Numbered from the stretch's first letter, positions 10,076 to 19,651 are shown. The stretch is 64,000 nt of DNA from Lysobacterales bacterium (GCA_022844165.1 JALHMH010000007.1:32001-96000), one strand, 5' to 3'. Numbers and translations are program-made. Notes: generated from the letters alone by a model not told the origin.

Positions 10076-11164
10076 CTAACCGGTCGCGCCAACAGACCGA
10101 CGGCTTTCCGCCAGATAGGCCTCGCTCTGCATTTCGATGAGCCGCGAGGCGGTTCGTTCAAACTCGGCGCGTATCCGTTCGCCGCGATACAGGGCAACCG
10201 GTGAGGCGGCAGCGCTCAACAGTAGTTTGATGCGGCGGTCGTAGAACTCATCGATCAGATGCACAAACCGCTTCGCTTCGTTCTCCGACAGCACATCGAA
10301 AACCGGTACGTCGCTGAGCAAGACGGTCGAAAAGGTCTGAGCAATTTCGATGTAGTCGGCCGCCGAACGCGGACCGCGGCATAGTGCATCGAAAGTGAAC
10401 CAAATGACGTCGTCGGCGCGACGCTTGACCGGAACGTCACGGCCGTTGATGACGATCGCCGCTCGCGGATCGTTTGCGCAGGGCGCCAGACGCGCAAATG
10501 CGCGCTCGAGTGCCGCTTCGGCCGTCGCACCCAGCGGCGTGTGGTAAACGCTCGCCTGCGTGAGTGCGCGTAGCCTGTAGTCTTGAGCGCTAACCAACTC
10601 CAGGACTTCGCAATGCTGCTCAATGAGAGCAATGGCGGGGAGGAACTGCGCTCGCTGCAACCCGTTTCTATACAGTTGATTCGGCTGAGTATTGCTCGTG
10701 GTCACCAGCGTCACACCCTGGGCGAACAAGTGCTTGAGCAATCGCCCTAGAATCATCGCATCGCCGATGTCCGAGACGACGAACTCGTCCAGGCACCAGA
10801 CGCGGGCTTCGTCCGCCAGCTGTTGTGCGACGCGCTGCAGCGGATCCTCGACCTCAGACAAGCGTGCCAATTCGGCATGCACGCGACCCATAAAACGATG
10901 AAAGTGCAGGCGCCCGCCATCCACCGGCAGTTGATCGAAAAAAAGGTCCATGAGAAAGGTCTTGCCGCGACCCACGCCACCCCAAAGGTACAGGCCGCGT
11001 GCCGTCACCCGACCCTGGATCGCGCGTTGCAACCACGACCGCGATCGGCCCGCTTCGATCTCGTCGTAAATCCGCGTGAGCGCCGCCAGTGCCCGCCGCT
11101 GCGCGGGGTCGTCGCTGCTGTCACCAGCGGCGACGCGTGCATCGAATGCCTGCAGCGGCGTCAT
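10076..11164 (-). CDS. zapE: cell division ATPase ZapE (AFG1 family)
   Basis: GLYLWGGVGRGKTFLMD, HFHRFM, DEF.V.DIGDAM, TSN..P..LY..GLQR, RT.SRL.EMQ. Confidence 0.94.
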   Translation of the reverse strand: MTPLQAFDARVAAGDSSDDPAQRRALAALTRIYDEIEAGRSRSWLQRAIQGRVTARGLYLWGGVGRGKTFLMDLFFDQLPVDGGRLHFHRFMGRVHAELARLSEVEDPLQRVAQQLADEARVWCLDEFVVSDIGDAMILGRLLKHLFAQGVTLVTTSNTQPNQLYRNGLQRAQFLPAIALIEQHCEVLELVSAQDYRLRALTQASVYHTPLGATAEAALERAFARLAPCANDPRAAIVINGRDVPVKRRADDVIWFTFDALCRGPRSAADYIEIAQTFSTVLLSDVPVFDVLSENEAKRFVHLIDEFYDRRIKLLLSAAASPVALYRGERIRAEFERTASRLIEMQSEAYLAESRRSVGATG

Positions 11165-11673
11165 GTTGGCATCGCGAGGCGTGCCATGACCAGCACATCG
11201 CACAGCTGTCCGTCGCGATAGGCGTACTGGCGTAAGCGACCCTCTTCGACAAAGCCGAACTTGCGATACAAAGCCAGCGCCGCGACGTTGTCTGGATAAA
11301 CCTCCAGTTCAAGCCGGGTGATTTGCATCCAGCGTTCGGCGCGCTCGATCATCGCGGCGAGCAGCGCCGAACCGATGCCGCGTCGTTGGAACTCAGCGTC
11401 AACGGCCATGCCGATTTCGCCCGCATGGCGCCGCCGCGCATGAGGGGTCGAATGGCCCAGATACGCGTGACCGACGACCCTGTCGCCGACGACGGCCAAG
11501 AGGTTTAGCGTATCCGCATCGCCGCGCGCCAGGCGCTCGCGCCACAACGACTCGCGCGGATACGGCAGTTGCAGCGTGCCCCCGAACACGGACGGATGGC
11601 GGTAAAGCGCAGCGACGTCGGCGGCGTCGTCAACTTCCGCTGCGCGGAGTACGATCTTGAGGCGGCGAGGCAC
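11161..11673 (-). CDS. GNAT N-acetyltransferase (YhhY/AaaT-like)
   Basis: TLQLPYP, RRRHAGEIGMAV, QRRGIGSALL, LEVYPDN..A.ALY.KFGF; start codon uncertain. Confidence 0.88.
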   Translation of the reverse strand: MPRRLKIVLRAAEVDDAADVAALYRHPSVFGGTLQLPYPRESLWRERLARGDADTLNLLAVVGDRVVGHAYLGHSTPHARRRHAGEIGMAVDAEFQRRGIGSALLAAMIERAERWMQITRLELEVYPDNVAALALYRKFGFVEEGRLRQYAYRDGQLCDVLVMARLAMPT

Positions 11674-11747
11674 GGCGTGGGAGCGATTCAATGGCGGGCG
11701 TTGGAGGCTAAAGCGCCGGGCAATGGAGCGCAATCGGAAGTGCAGCG

Positions 11748-13046
11748 CTAGCGCACAAACACCGCCATGCTCTCCACATGGCTGGTGTGCGGGAACATGT
11801 CCATGACACCGGCGGCCTCCAACTGGAAACCGCTGCTCTGCAAGATGGCGGCGTCGCGTGCGAGCGTCGCGGGATGGCAGGATACGTAGACGATGCGCGT
11901 GATTCGCGACCCCGGAAGGTAGGCGAGCGCTACGTCCGCACCGGCACGCGGCGGATCGAGCAGCAGCCGCGTGTACTGATCTTGTGCCCACCAGGCGCTC
12001 CGATGATCCAGGCTCAGGTCCGCCGCGGCATAACGAACGTTTTCCAGCCCGACGGCGCGTGCGTTGCGATCCGCGCGCTCCAGCAGACCGGCATCGCCTT
12101 CCACACCGACAACCTGGCCCGCACGTTGCGCCAGCGGCAATGTGAAGTTCCCCAGACCGCAGAACAACTCCAGCACCGTATCGTTTGAACTCACGTCAAG
12201 GCATTCGAGTGCCTGCGCGACCATTGCGCGATTGACGCTGTCATTCACTTGCACAAAATCGAGCGGCCGATAGTTGAGCCAAACGCCATCCGCCACGGAA
12301 TAACGCAACTCGGCTGGCTCAGCGCCGTCGAGCGTCACCAGTGTGTTGATGCCGCCCGGTTGCAACACGATGTCCACCAGGTGTGTCTCTCCGAACGCAC
12401 GCAATTGCGCACGATCGCCATCGCCCAGTGGCACAAGATGACGGAAAACCAGCGCAACGCGATCACCCGCGGCGACTTCGATCTGCGCAATCTCGCGCTT
12501 GGCGTCGAGCGCGGCAATGAGCGTTTTCAGCGCTTCGATCAAGCCGCCGACACGCGGATCGAGCGTTTCGCAGCGAGAAATATCAGCCACATAGCGACCA
12601 TTGTCTTCGCGAAACCCCACCAGCGCGGCACCTTTTTTGTCGACGTACTTGACCGACAGCCGCGCCTTGCGGCGATAACCGAGTGTCTCACGCTGCAATG
12701 CCGGCAAGATCCGCGAGGGAACGATCTTGCCGATGCGCTCAAGGCTATCCAGCAGGTGCTTTTGCTTCAGCGCAATTTGCGCCTCCACACTCAGGTGCTG
12801 GAGCGAGCAGCCAGAACAGGTCGCCACAAACGCGCACGGCGGCAACACCCGTGCCGCACTTGGATTGACGATGTCGAGCGCGACCGCGTCGTCGTATTGG
12901 CGGTGGGGCTTGATCACCTGCGCGCGCACACGCTCCCCCGTCAGCGCGCCTTTGATGAACACCGCCTTCTGGCCATGTCGCGCAACGCCACGACCATCGC
13001 TGGCAAGGTCAGTGACGTCGAGTTCTAGAATCGGAAAACGGGACAT
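11748..13046 (-). CDS. rlmD: 23S rRNA (uracil-1939-C5)-methyltransferase
   Basis: TRAM domain, C...CSGC Fe-S motif, F.QVN, LFCGLGNF, LDPPRAG, YVSCHPATLARD, DMFPHTSHVE. Confidence 0.95.
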   Translation of the reverse strand: MSRFPILELDVTDLASDGRGVARHGQKAVFIKGALTGERVRAQVIKPHRQYDDAVALDIVNPSAARVLPPCAFVATCSGCSLQHLSVEAQIALKQKHLLDSLERIGKIVPSRILPALQRETLGYRRKARLSVKYVDKKGAALVGFREDNGRYVADISRCETLDPRVGGLIEALKTLIAALDAKREIAQIEVAAGDRVALVFRHLVPLGDGDRAQLRAFGETHLVDIVLQPGGINTLVTLDGAEPAELRYSVADGVWLNYRPLDFVQVNDSVNRAMVAQALECLDVSSNDTVLELFCGLGNFTLPLAQRAGQVVGVEGDAGLLERADRNARAVGLENVRYAAADLSLDHRSAWWAQDQYTRLLLDPPRAGADVALAYLPGSRITRIVYVSCHPATLARDAAILQSSGFQLEAAGVMDMFPHTSHVESMAVFVR

Positions 13047-13216
13047 GGGCTCAGGCGTCACAAAGGGCTGCGGATAATGCCATTGCTGCCTGCGCTCAAG
13101 CCTGATTTACTGGCAGAAGCGAACATTCCGTGAGGACACGCGGACGTTCGTGGGGACAAGCTCGCATCGTGCCACTGGGCAGGACTGGGCGCCGGAATCA
13201 GGCGAAAGGGGGCTGG

Positions 13217-13795
13217 ATGAAGATTCTTCTGCTCGACGACGATCCGCTGACGGCAGCTTACCTCGGCGAAGTCGTAGCCCAATTCGCAACGCTGACGGTG
13301 GTCACGCGCCTGACAAACGCGCCGGACCCGATCACGTTCGATGTGCTGATGGTCGACAAACGGTTGCCGGATGGCGATGGCTGGTCCTGGCTCGCCGCAC
13401 AAGCTCTCCTGCCAAAGCGCGTCTTGCGGATCAGTGGCGACGAGGGCTCCGATCTGCGTAAGCCGATTGCACCTGAGGCACTTTTGGAGGCCTTGGGCAT
13501 CGTGGCAGACGTCGATGACCGTCAGGCGCGGCTTCAGCTCGGCCATAACGAAGCGGCGATCATCCAGTTGCGGGCGATGTTACGTGCGGAACTGGCGGCG
13601 GCGGGCGTTTGCCGCGCAGCAGATGTGACATCCCAGGACATTGATGTTGTGCACCGGATTGCTGCAGGCGCGCGGTTGGTTGGATTCCCACGGTTGGCGA
13701 TTTGCGCGACGGCGCTCGAGCGCGCGTGGCGCAATGGCATCCCCCACCTGGATGCTCTGTCTGACTTTCAGCGCGCCGCGGCCGCTATTGGATAA
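13217..13795 (+). CDS. response-regulator receiver plus Hpt-like domain protein
   Basis: KILLLDDD, D..LPDGDG, KP; C-terminal helical HRIAAGARLVG..L...A.ALE resembling Hpt. Confidence 0.75.
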   Translation: MKILLLDDDPLTAAYLGEVVAQFATLTVVTRLTNAPDPITFDVLMVDKRLPDGDGWSWLAAQALLPKRVLRISGDEGSDLRKPIAPEALLEALGIVADVDDRQARLQLGHNEAAIIQLRAMLRAELAAAGVCRAADVTSQDIDVVHRIAAGARLVGFPRLAICATALERAWRNGIPHLDALSDFQRAAAAIG

Positions 13796-14312
13796 ACGAT
13801 GCGAGTCGTCGCACGCAGGCGCCATCGCAGAAAGGTCCCGGCGGCATGGTTTGCGTGCCGTAGCTGAAATTGAAGTAATAGCGCTGACCGATCGTCAAAG
13901 GACAATAGTCGACTGTACCGACGGTCTTCCAACCAAGCGCCGGTTGCACGCCGACGATGAAACATGCGGGTGCGATTTGCCCAGGATCGAGACATCCGGG
14001 CGAGGAACTAATGGCCATCGCAATCGCGCCATTTGCGCCACCGGGCACTTCCTGGGCAAACAGCACCCCGTAACCCAGCGGCGTTGCGGTGGCGGTAAAC
14101 TCGAGCGCGTAGGTGATGTCCACCGAGTCGTTGAACTCAATGACGCCGCCGGGATGACTCGGCCACTGCGAAATGTACAGGCTCGACCACGGCAACAAGG
14201 TGAATCGCGTGGTTGCTACCGCACAGCCTTCGAAGCCGTTGGCGAACACGGCGTCCGCTTGCGCAGGTGTCGCGCCGCACATCGCCAGCAGGACCCAGAA
14301 CCATCGCCGCAT
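13785..14312 (-). CDS. hypothetical secreted Cys-containing protein
   Basis: Signal peptide MRRWFWVLLAMCGATPAQA followed by DAVFANGFE; several Cys. Confidence 0.7.
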   Translation of the reverse strand: MRRWFWVLLAMCGATPAQADAVFANGFEGCAVATTRFTLLPWSSLYISQWPSHPGGVIEFNDSVDITYALEFTATATPLGYGVLFAQEVPGGANGAIAMAISSSPGCLDPGQIAPACFIVGVQPALGWKTVGTVDYCPLTIGQRYYFNFSYGTQTMPPGPFCDGACVRRLASFIQ

Positions 14313-14423
14313 CGTCGTCGCCCGTCGAGCCGTTGCGCCCATTGTACTTTTCCTGCGCGACCTTTACATAGGCTTGCGGCGGCGCCAAGAATGCCACCAT
14401 CGCCCGAGCCAGGAGCCACCAAG

Positions 14424-15089
14424 ATGCCCAAGATGCAACTCTCCGCGCTGACACCTCGCCAATACTGGGCGGAGATCAAGGCCAGACCTGGACGCGCTAA
14501 GTTCGGGTTTGGGCGCAAGGCGGCTTTGGTGAATGTCGATTACCAGCGCGCATACACGGATATCGAGACCTTCGCCACCGCCTATGAAACCGATCCTCGT
14601 CAAATCGAATACGTCAACACGCTGGCGGACCTGGCGCGCGCACGGTCGATGCCGGTGATCTGGAGCTACGTGGCGTACATGGATACGCCCGACGATGCCG
14701 GCGTGTGGGGTACGCGCACGAATACCTCGGATAGTTTGCAGAACATCAAGGTCGGCTCCGAACGCGCCGCGTTCGATGCCAGGGTGCGCATCGATCCGCG
14801 CGATGCGGTCATCAACAAACGAATGCCCAGTGTGTTCTTTCAGACGCATCTGGCAAGTTTGCTGGTCTGGCATCAGGTCGATACGGTGATCGTCACCGGC
14901 GGATCGACTTCAGGTTGCGTCCGCGCCACCGTTGTCGATAGTTTGGCGCACGGCTATCGCACCATCGTGCCCGAGGAATGCGTCGCCGATAAACACGAGA
15001 TCCCGCACTACGCCAACTTGTGCGACATGATGCTCAAGTACGCCGATGTCGAGCCTTTCGAGGTCGTGCGAGCGTGGCTGGCCGGTTAG
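14424..15089 (+). CDS. isochorismatase/cysteine hydrolase family protein (N-carbamoylsarcosine amidase/maleamate amidohydrolase-like)
   Basis: AALVNVDYQ, K..PS.FF.T.L, G.STSGCVRAT.VD catalytic Cys, VPEECVAD. Confidence 0.9.
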   Translation: MPKMQLSALTPRQYWAEIKARPGRAKFGFGRKAALVNVDYQRAYTDIETFATAYETDPRQIEYVNTLADLARARSMPVIWSYVAYMDTPDDAGVWGTRTNTSDSLQNIKVGSERAAFDARVRIDPRDAVINKRMPSVFFQTHLASLLVWHQVDTVIVTGGSTSGCVRATVVDSLAHGYRTIVPEECVADKHEIPHYANLCDMMLKYADVEPFEVVRAWLAG

Positions 15090-15106
15090 TTTGGCGGGTG
15101 GCCTAA

Positions 15107-15232
15107 CCCAGACATTTCATGAGGTCGCGGGGAAGTGGCCAGGTTTCGTTGCGACGGCGCAGGTGTCTTCGAGTTTGTCGAAACGACAGACTGTTCGCTG
15201 CCATTTCCTGGCATCTTCACGAAATCTCCGGG
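15107..15232. mobile_element. putative MITE / internally deleted IS remnant
   Basis: Ends CCCAGACATTTCATGA and (reverse complement) CCCGGAGATTTCGTGA match 13/16; flanked by CTAA at 15103-15106 and 15233-15236. Confidence 0.55.
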
Positions 15233-15257
15233 CTAATCGGAGCCCGGCGCCAGGAGG

Positions 15258-15290
15258 AAAGAAAAAGCCCGCACGAGGCGGGCTTCTTCT
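15258..15290 (-). terminator. intrinsic terminator of the IPTL-CTERM-like gene
   Basis: AAGCCCGC-ACGAG-GCGGGCTT hairpin followed by TTTTTCTTT on the minus strand. Confidence 0.8.
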
Positions 15291-15313
15291 GGTCCAAAAT
15301 GCAGCTTCGACGC

Positions 15314-16162
15314 TTAGCGACGAATGGCGAACCAAGCGGCACCGAGCAAGGTGAGCGCCAGTGCAAGCATGCCAAAGATATTCATCGAAGGTGCCGGCGC
15401 CGGAATCGTGAAGCTGCCTTCAACGATGAACGGCAGACCCTGCTGCGGACCGGTGCCTGGCGCGCCCACGGGATCGGTGGTCAAGCCCATGCGCAGCGGA
15501 TTCCACACACCGGTTTGCAGCTGCAGCGCATTGCCGGTTGGCGCTGGCGCCGTCAGGGCTGGCACCACGGGCGGGAAGAACGGACCGCCACCCGTGCCGC
15601 TGGTGGTGAAGTCGATAAAATACGTGCCGCCAGTCAACGTCACAGCAACCGGAATGCGCACAGCCTGGATGGCGCGATTCGTCGCCGTGAGCGTGGTCGG
15701 CGTGACACGGAAGGCGCCGGACAGCGTCGACGTCGCCGGGATGTTGGTGGTTTCGTTGCCGAAAATCACCGCACCAGCCGGCGGCGCGCCATTGCGGATC
15801 TGCATGGTTGCCCCGGTGATGGTCGGGGACGTAGCGCCGGTCTGGTAACCAAACACAATGATCGACTCGATGTTCCATACCTGATTGGCCGGCACGGTGA
15901 AGTCGTCGGCCAAACGGAAGGCGCCCGCACCGGTGAAGCCAAGCGTGTTGTAGAGAAATGGCGCGTTGTTATCCAGGATGCTGACATTGGTGCCATTGGT
16001 CAGCGGGCCCTGGTTGAACAGCACGAGCGTTGGGGTGGTAAATCCTTCGCCCACAACCGGTGTGTTAGAGACGGCTTCGGATGGATCGAAAGTATCTACC
16101 GACTGCGCGAAGGCGGCAGTTGACAATGACGTCGCAAGTGCGGCGATAAGAATTTTGTGCAC
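15314..16162 (-). CDS. surface protein with IPTL-CTERM-like sorting signal
   Basis: GTG start with AGGA upstream; signal peptide; LADDFTVP beta-sandwich; C-terminus APSMNIFGMLALALTLLGAAWFAIRR. Confidence 0.8.
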   Translation of the reverse strand: MHKILIAALATSLSTAAFAQSVDTFDPSEAVSNTPVVGEGFTTPTLVLFNQGPLTNGTNVSILDNNAPFLYNTLGFTGAGAFRLADDFTVPANQVWNIESIIVFGYQTGATSPTITGATMQIRNGAPPAGAVIFGNETTNIPATSTLSGAFRVTPTTLTATNRAIQAVRIPVAVTLTGGTYFIDFTTSGTGGGPFFPPVVPALTAPAPTGNALQLQTGVWNPLRMGLTTDPVGAPGTGPQQGLPFIVEGSFTIPAPAPSMNIFGMLALALTLLGAAWFAIRR

Positions 16163-16290
16163 GACGCAGGGTCCTGTTCTTGTGGGCGGGCACATCGATT
16201 CTAAGTCGCAGAGCGTTGGATGGCAACATTCGCCGAGGGAACACCGATCGTGCGAATATGATCGGCGTCGCTCAACCAGCGCGTTTTTCG

Positions 16291-17187
16291 ATGAAATCTT
16301 CGCTCGACTATTATGTGGATGCCCCGTACTTCCAACGGCCGCGCATTCAGTGGCCGGGCGGCAAACGCCTCGCGCTGTGGATTGCGCCTAATCTGGAGTT
16401 CTATGAGCTCGCGCCGCCGGCAAACCCGCAGCGCGCCGCCTGGCCGCGACCATATCCAGATATCGACGGCTACGGCACCCGCGACTATGGCAATCGCGTT
16501 GGCGCCGAGCGTCTGATGCGAGTGCTCGATCGTTACCCGACACGTGTGAGCGTGTCGCTATCGACCGCACTCTGCATTCACCACCCGGAAATCGTCCAGA
16601 TGGGGCTGGAGCGCCATTGGGAATACTTCAGCCATGGTATTTACAACACGCGCTACGCGTACGGCATGGACGAAGCGCAAGAGCGCGAGATGATCGCCGA
16701 GTCGATGGCGTTGATTGCCGAGCACACCGGCCAGCATTGCGACGGCTATCTGGCGCCGGCGCTGACGCATACCGAGTTCAGCCTCGACTTGTTTGCCGAA
16801 CTCGGCGGACTGTACACCTGCGACTTGTTCCACGATGACCAGCCGACGCCGATTCGTACGCGTTCCGGCGCACGCCTCGTTTCGGTGCCTTACTCCTTGG
16901 AGATGAACGACACCATCGTCTACGTCGTCAACAAGATCGAGCCGCGCCGCTATGGCGACATGCTCAAAACGCACTTCGACCGGCTTTACCAGGAAGGCGC
17001 CGGGAGTGGCACCGTGATGTGTATTCCGCTGCATCCTTACCAGGTGTCACACCCGCACCGCATTGCGGCGTTTCGCGACGCGCTGGACTACATCTGTGGG
17101 CATGACGGCGTGTGGCACGCCACGGCGCGCGAGATCGCCCGTCACTATCTCGAACACCACTACGATGTCGCACTGGTGGCCACATGA
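16291..17187 (+). CDS. polysaccharide deacetylase family, PuuE/allantoinase-like (copy 1)
   Basis: WPGGKRLAL, NLEFY, RDYGNRVG, WE..SHG, DDQP, VPYSLEMND, FDRLY.EG, PLHPY. Confidence 0.9.
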   Translation: MKSSLDYYVDAPYFQRPRIQWPGGKRLALWIAPNLEFYELAPPANPQRAAWPRPYPDIDGYGTRDYGNRVGAERLMRVLDRYPTRVSVSLSTALCIHHPEIVQMGLERHWEYFSHGIYNTRYAYGMDEAQEREMIAESMALIAEHTGQHCDGYLAPALTHTEFSLDLFAELGGLYTCDLFHDDQPTPIRTRSGARLVSVPYSLEMNDTIVYVVNKIEPRRYGDMLKTHFDRLYQEGAGSGTVMCIPLHPYQVSHPHRIAAFRDALDYICGHDGVWHATAREIARHYLEHHYDVALVAT

Positions 17188-18104
17188 GCCTCGATCAGAA
17201 CTACCTGCAATATCCGCTGCGCCGTCGCGGCATGGACCACGACCGCTACCCTTTTTCGATGCTGCACGAGCGACCGCCGCTGCGTTGGCCGGGCGACAAA
17301 CCACTCGCGATCAGCATCGTCGTGGCCGTTGAGCATTTCCCGCTCAACCAGCAGGGCAGGCCATTCAAGGTGCCGGGCGGCATGACCACCGCCTATCCGG
17401 ACTTACGCCACTTCAGCCTGCGCGACTATGGCAATCGCGTCGGCATCTGGCGGATTTTGCGAGCGCTCGATGCCGCAGGAGTGCCGGCCAGTTTTGCGCT
17501 CAATGCGGCCGTCATCGAGCGCTTCCCGACCCTGGCGCGCTCTCTCGCCGCACGCGGAGATGAGCTGATCGCCCATGGTTTGCATATGGACGCATTGCAT
17601 CATCAAGGATTGGGTGAAGACACCGAACGCCACTGGATCGAGTCGGCACGCGATGCATTGACCGCGATCGGCCCTGCGCCCCGCGGTTGGCTCAGCCCCG
17701 CCAAACAGCAAAGTGCGCTGACGCCGGATTTGCTGCAGGAAGCAGGTTTTAGTTACATGCTCGATTGGATCAACGACGAATGGCCATATCGCTTTGCGAC
17801 GCGAAATGGCTCGATCACCGCTGTTCCGCTGTCGACTGAGCTGGAGGACCGATTTGTGATGTTGCACAACCTGCACAGCGAAAACAGCTGGGTCACTCAA
17901 GTGTCGGATGCCATCGATTGGCTGAGCTCAGAAGCCTCCACCGGCAGCCCCCGCCTGCTGACATTGCTGGTCCATGCCTGGGTGATCGGACAAGCGCACA
18001 GAATCGCGGCATTTGAGAAGCTTCTTGCAGCTATCGCAGCACTCAACGATACGATCGTCATTTCTCCGCACACGATTGCATCATCTTTCGTGGCTAACGC
18101 TTAG
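17184..18104 (+). CDS. polysaccharide deacetylase family, PuuE-like (copy 2)
   Basis: WPGDKPLA, VEHFP, RDYGNRVGIWR, E.IAHG, GWLSP, DWINDE.P, LVHAW.IGQ; ATGA overlap with copy 1. Confidence 0.88.
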   Translation: MSLDQNYLQYPLRRRGMDHDRYPFSMLHERPPLRWPGDKPLAISIVVAVEHFPLNQQGRPFKVPGGMTTAYPDLRHFSLRDYGNRVGIWRILRALDAAGVPASFALNAAVIERFPTLARSLAARGDELIAHGLHMDALHHQGLGEDTERHWIESARDALTAIGPAPRGWLSPAKQQSALTPDLLQEAGFSYMLDWINDEWPYRFATRNGSITAVPLSTELEDRFVMLHNLHSENSWVTQVSDAIDWLSSEASTGSPRLLTLLVHAWVIGQAHRIAAFEKLLAAIAALNDTIVISPHTIASSFVANA

Positions 18105-18128
18105 GCATTGATTTCATGCGGCTCCGAG

Positions 18129-19223
18129 CTACCGCCCCCGCGCACTCAAATAGCCGCGGCCGCGCTCCATCAGCGATACGAAACCGACTTCGTCGCCAGC
18201 ATCCACGCAGCGGCGAATTTCCGTGACAGCGTTGAGCAATGCATCGAGAGCTTCGCGCCGATGATCGTTGAGGTGTTGAATTTCGAAGTACAAGCGTGGG
18301 TTTTCCTTCGCCACTGCGCTGGCGATGCGCAATTGATTGTCGAAGGTGGTGCTGGAGAGCTGTGCAAGTTTGGGCGCTGCTTCGCCAGAGTTCGCGAGCG
18401 CGGTGAAAAACGCAATGTTGAGCGCGTGCGACAAACCCAGAACGTAAGCAACCAGGTGGTCATGTTCGGTCAGCGGCATTTCTACCAGCTGCGCCATCGT
18501 GTCGGCAAAAAGCGCACGCGCCGCCGCAACCGGTTCGGCGCCGTTCACTGGCATCAGCAGAACGTGCCGATCCGACAGCAAAGCAGCGTCGGGCCCGAAC
18601 ATTGGATGCACCGAGCAGATCCGCAGCCCGGCCATCGCGCATGCCTTCAGTCCCGAAAGCAGGGGCGACTTGAGCGAACCCACATCAAAGACAAGACCAC
18701 TCGGTTTGCGCTCCGCAAGCTGGAGCAAAATCTCATTGCTGACGCGCAACGGCGCGGCGACAACGATCAAGTCGTGATCGAGCGGAGCACCGGTCCAGTC
18801 GGTGGCGTCGACGCCGTCCGGCGCGCCGCTGGGATCACTGACGCTGAGCGCAAAGCCTTGCGCATCTAAGAAACGCGATAACCAGCGACCCATGCGGCCG
18901 TTGCCGCCGATGATCAGAGCCCGGCGTCCACCGCCTTTGGCCGCCAGACGCACACGGTCCTGCTCCTGAGTGGTCAGCGACGACTCGATGAGCAGCTGCA
19001 TCACCTTCTCGGCCAGTGCCGGATCGAGACCGTGGCCAGCCGCACGCTCGCGCACATGGGAGATGACCTGACGCTCACGCTGATAGTCGCGCAACTGCTG
19101 GCCTTGCGCATGTTTCCAGCGCCCGATCTCTGCCACCAGCGCCTGGCGCTGGGCAATCGCAGCAATCAACTCGGCGTCGACACGGTCCAGCTCCGCGCGC
19201 AGTTCCGCCAGTGGCCTCGTCAT
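18129..19223 (-). CDS. tyrA: bifunctional chorismate mutase/prephenate dehydrogenase
   Basis: N-terminal AroQ LR.ELD.VD..L, RE; GGNGRMG, DVGSLK, HPMFGP, HD..V..V.GLSH. Confidence 0.9.
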   Translation of the reverse strand: MTRPLAELRAELDRVDAELIAAIAQRQALVAEIGRWKHAQGQQLRDYQRERQVISHVRERAAGHGLDPALAEKVMQLLIESSLTTQEQDRVRLAAKGGGRRALIIGGNGRMGRWLSRFLDAQGFALSVSDPSGAPDGVDATDWTGAPLDHDLIVVAAPLRVSNEILLQLAERKPSGLVFDVGSLKSPLLSGLKACAMAGLRICSVHPMFGPDAALLSDRHVLLMPVNGAEPVAAARALFADTMAQLVEMPLTEHDHLVAYVLGLSHALNIAFFTALANSGEAAPKLAQLSSTTFDNQLRIASAVAKENPRLYFEIQHLNDHRREALDALLNAVTEIRRCVDAGDEVGFVSLMERGRGYLSARGR

Positions 19224-19651
19224 CCGGCGATGTACTGCGTCAACTGTGCGATCTCCGCGTCTTGCGCTTTGATGATCGCGCGCACCAGATCGCCGATCGA
19301 CAACATGCCGACGACTTTGCCGCCGTCCAGCACCGGCAGATGGCGAATGCGCTTGTCGGTCATCAGCCGCATGCACTCGCGAGCGCGAGAATCCAGGCCA
19401 ACAGTGATCAGTGGCGCTGGCGTCATGATGTCGCCCACCGGTGTGTCCTTCGAAGAGCGGCCCTTCAGGACCACTTTGCGTGCGTAATCGCGCTCGCTCA
19501 AGATGCCGACCAGCGCCTCGCCGTCCATCACCAGCAAAGCACCGATGCTTTTCTCCGCCATCAAGGCCACAGCCTCGATCACCGGCTGCTGCGGCGCCAC
19601 GGCGAAAATTCCTTTGGGCTTATCGGCAAGCAATTGGCTGACGGGGACCAT
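19220..19651 (-). CDS. CBS-domain protein
   Basis: M.EK.IGAL.V, GILSERDYARK, RIRHLPV, SIGDLV. Confidence 0.92.
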   Translation of the reverse strand: MVPVSQLLADKPKGIFAVAPQQPVIEAVALMAEKSIGALLVMDGEALVGILSERDYARKVVLKGRSSKDTPVGDIMTPAPLITVGLDSRARECMRLMTDKRIRHLPVLDGGKVVGMLSIGDLVRAIIKAQDAEIAQLTQYIAG

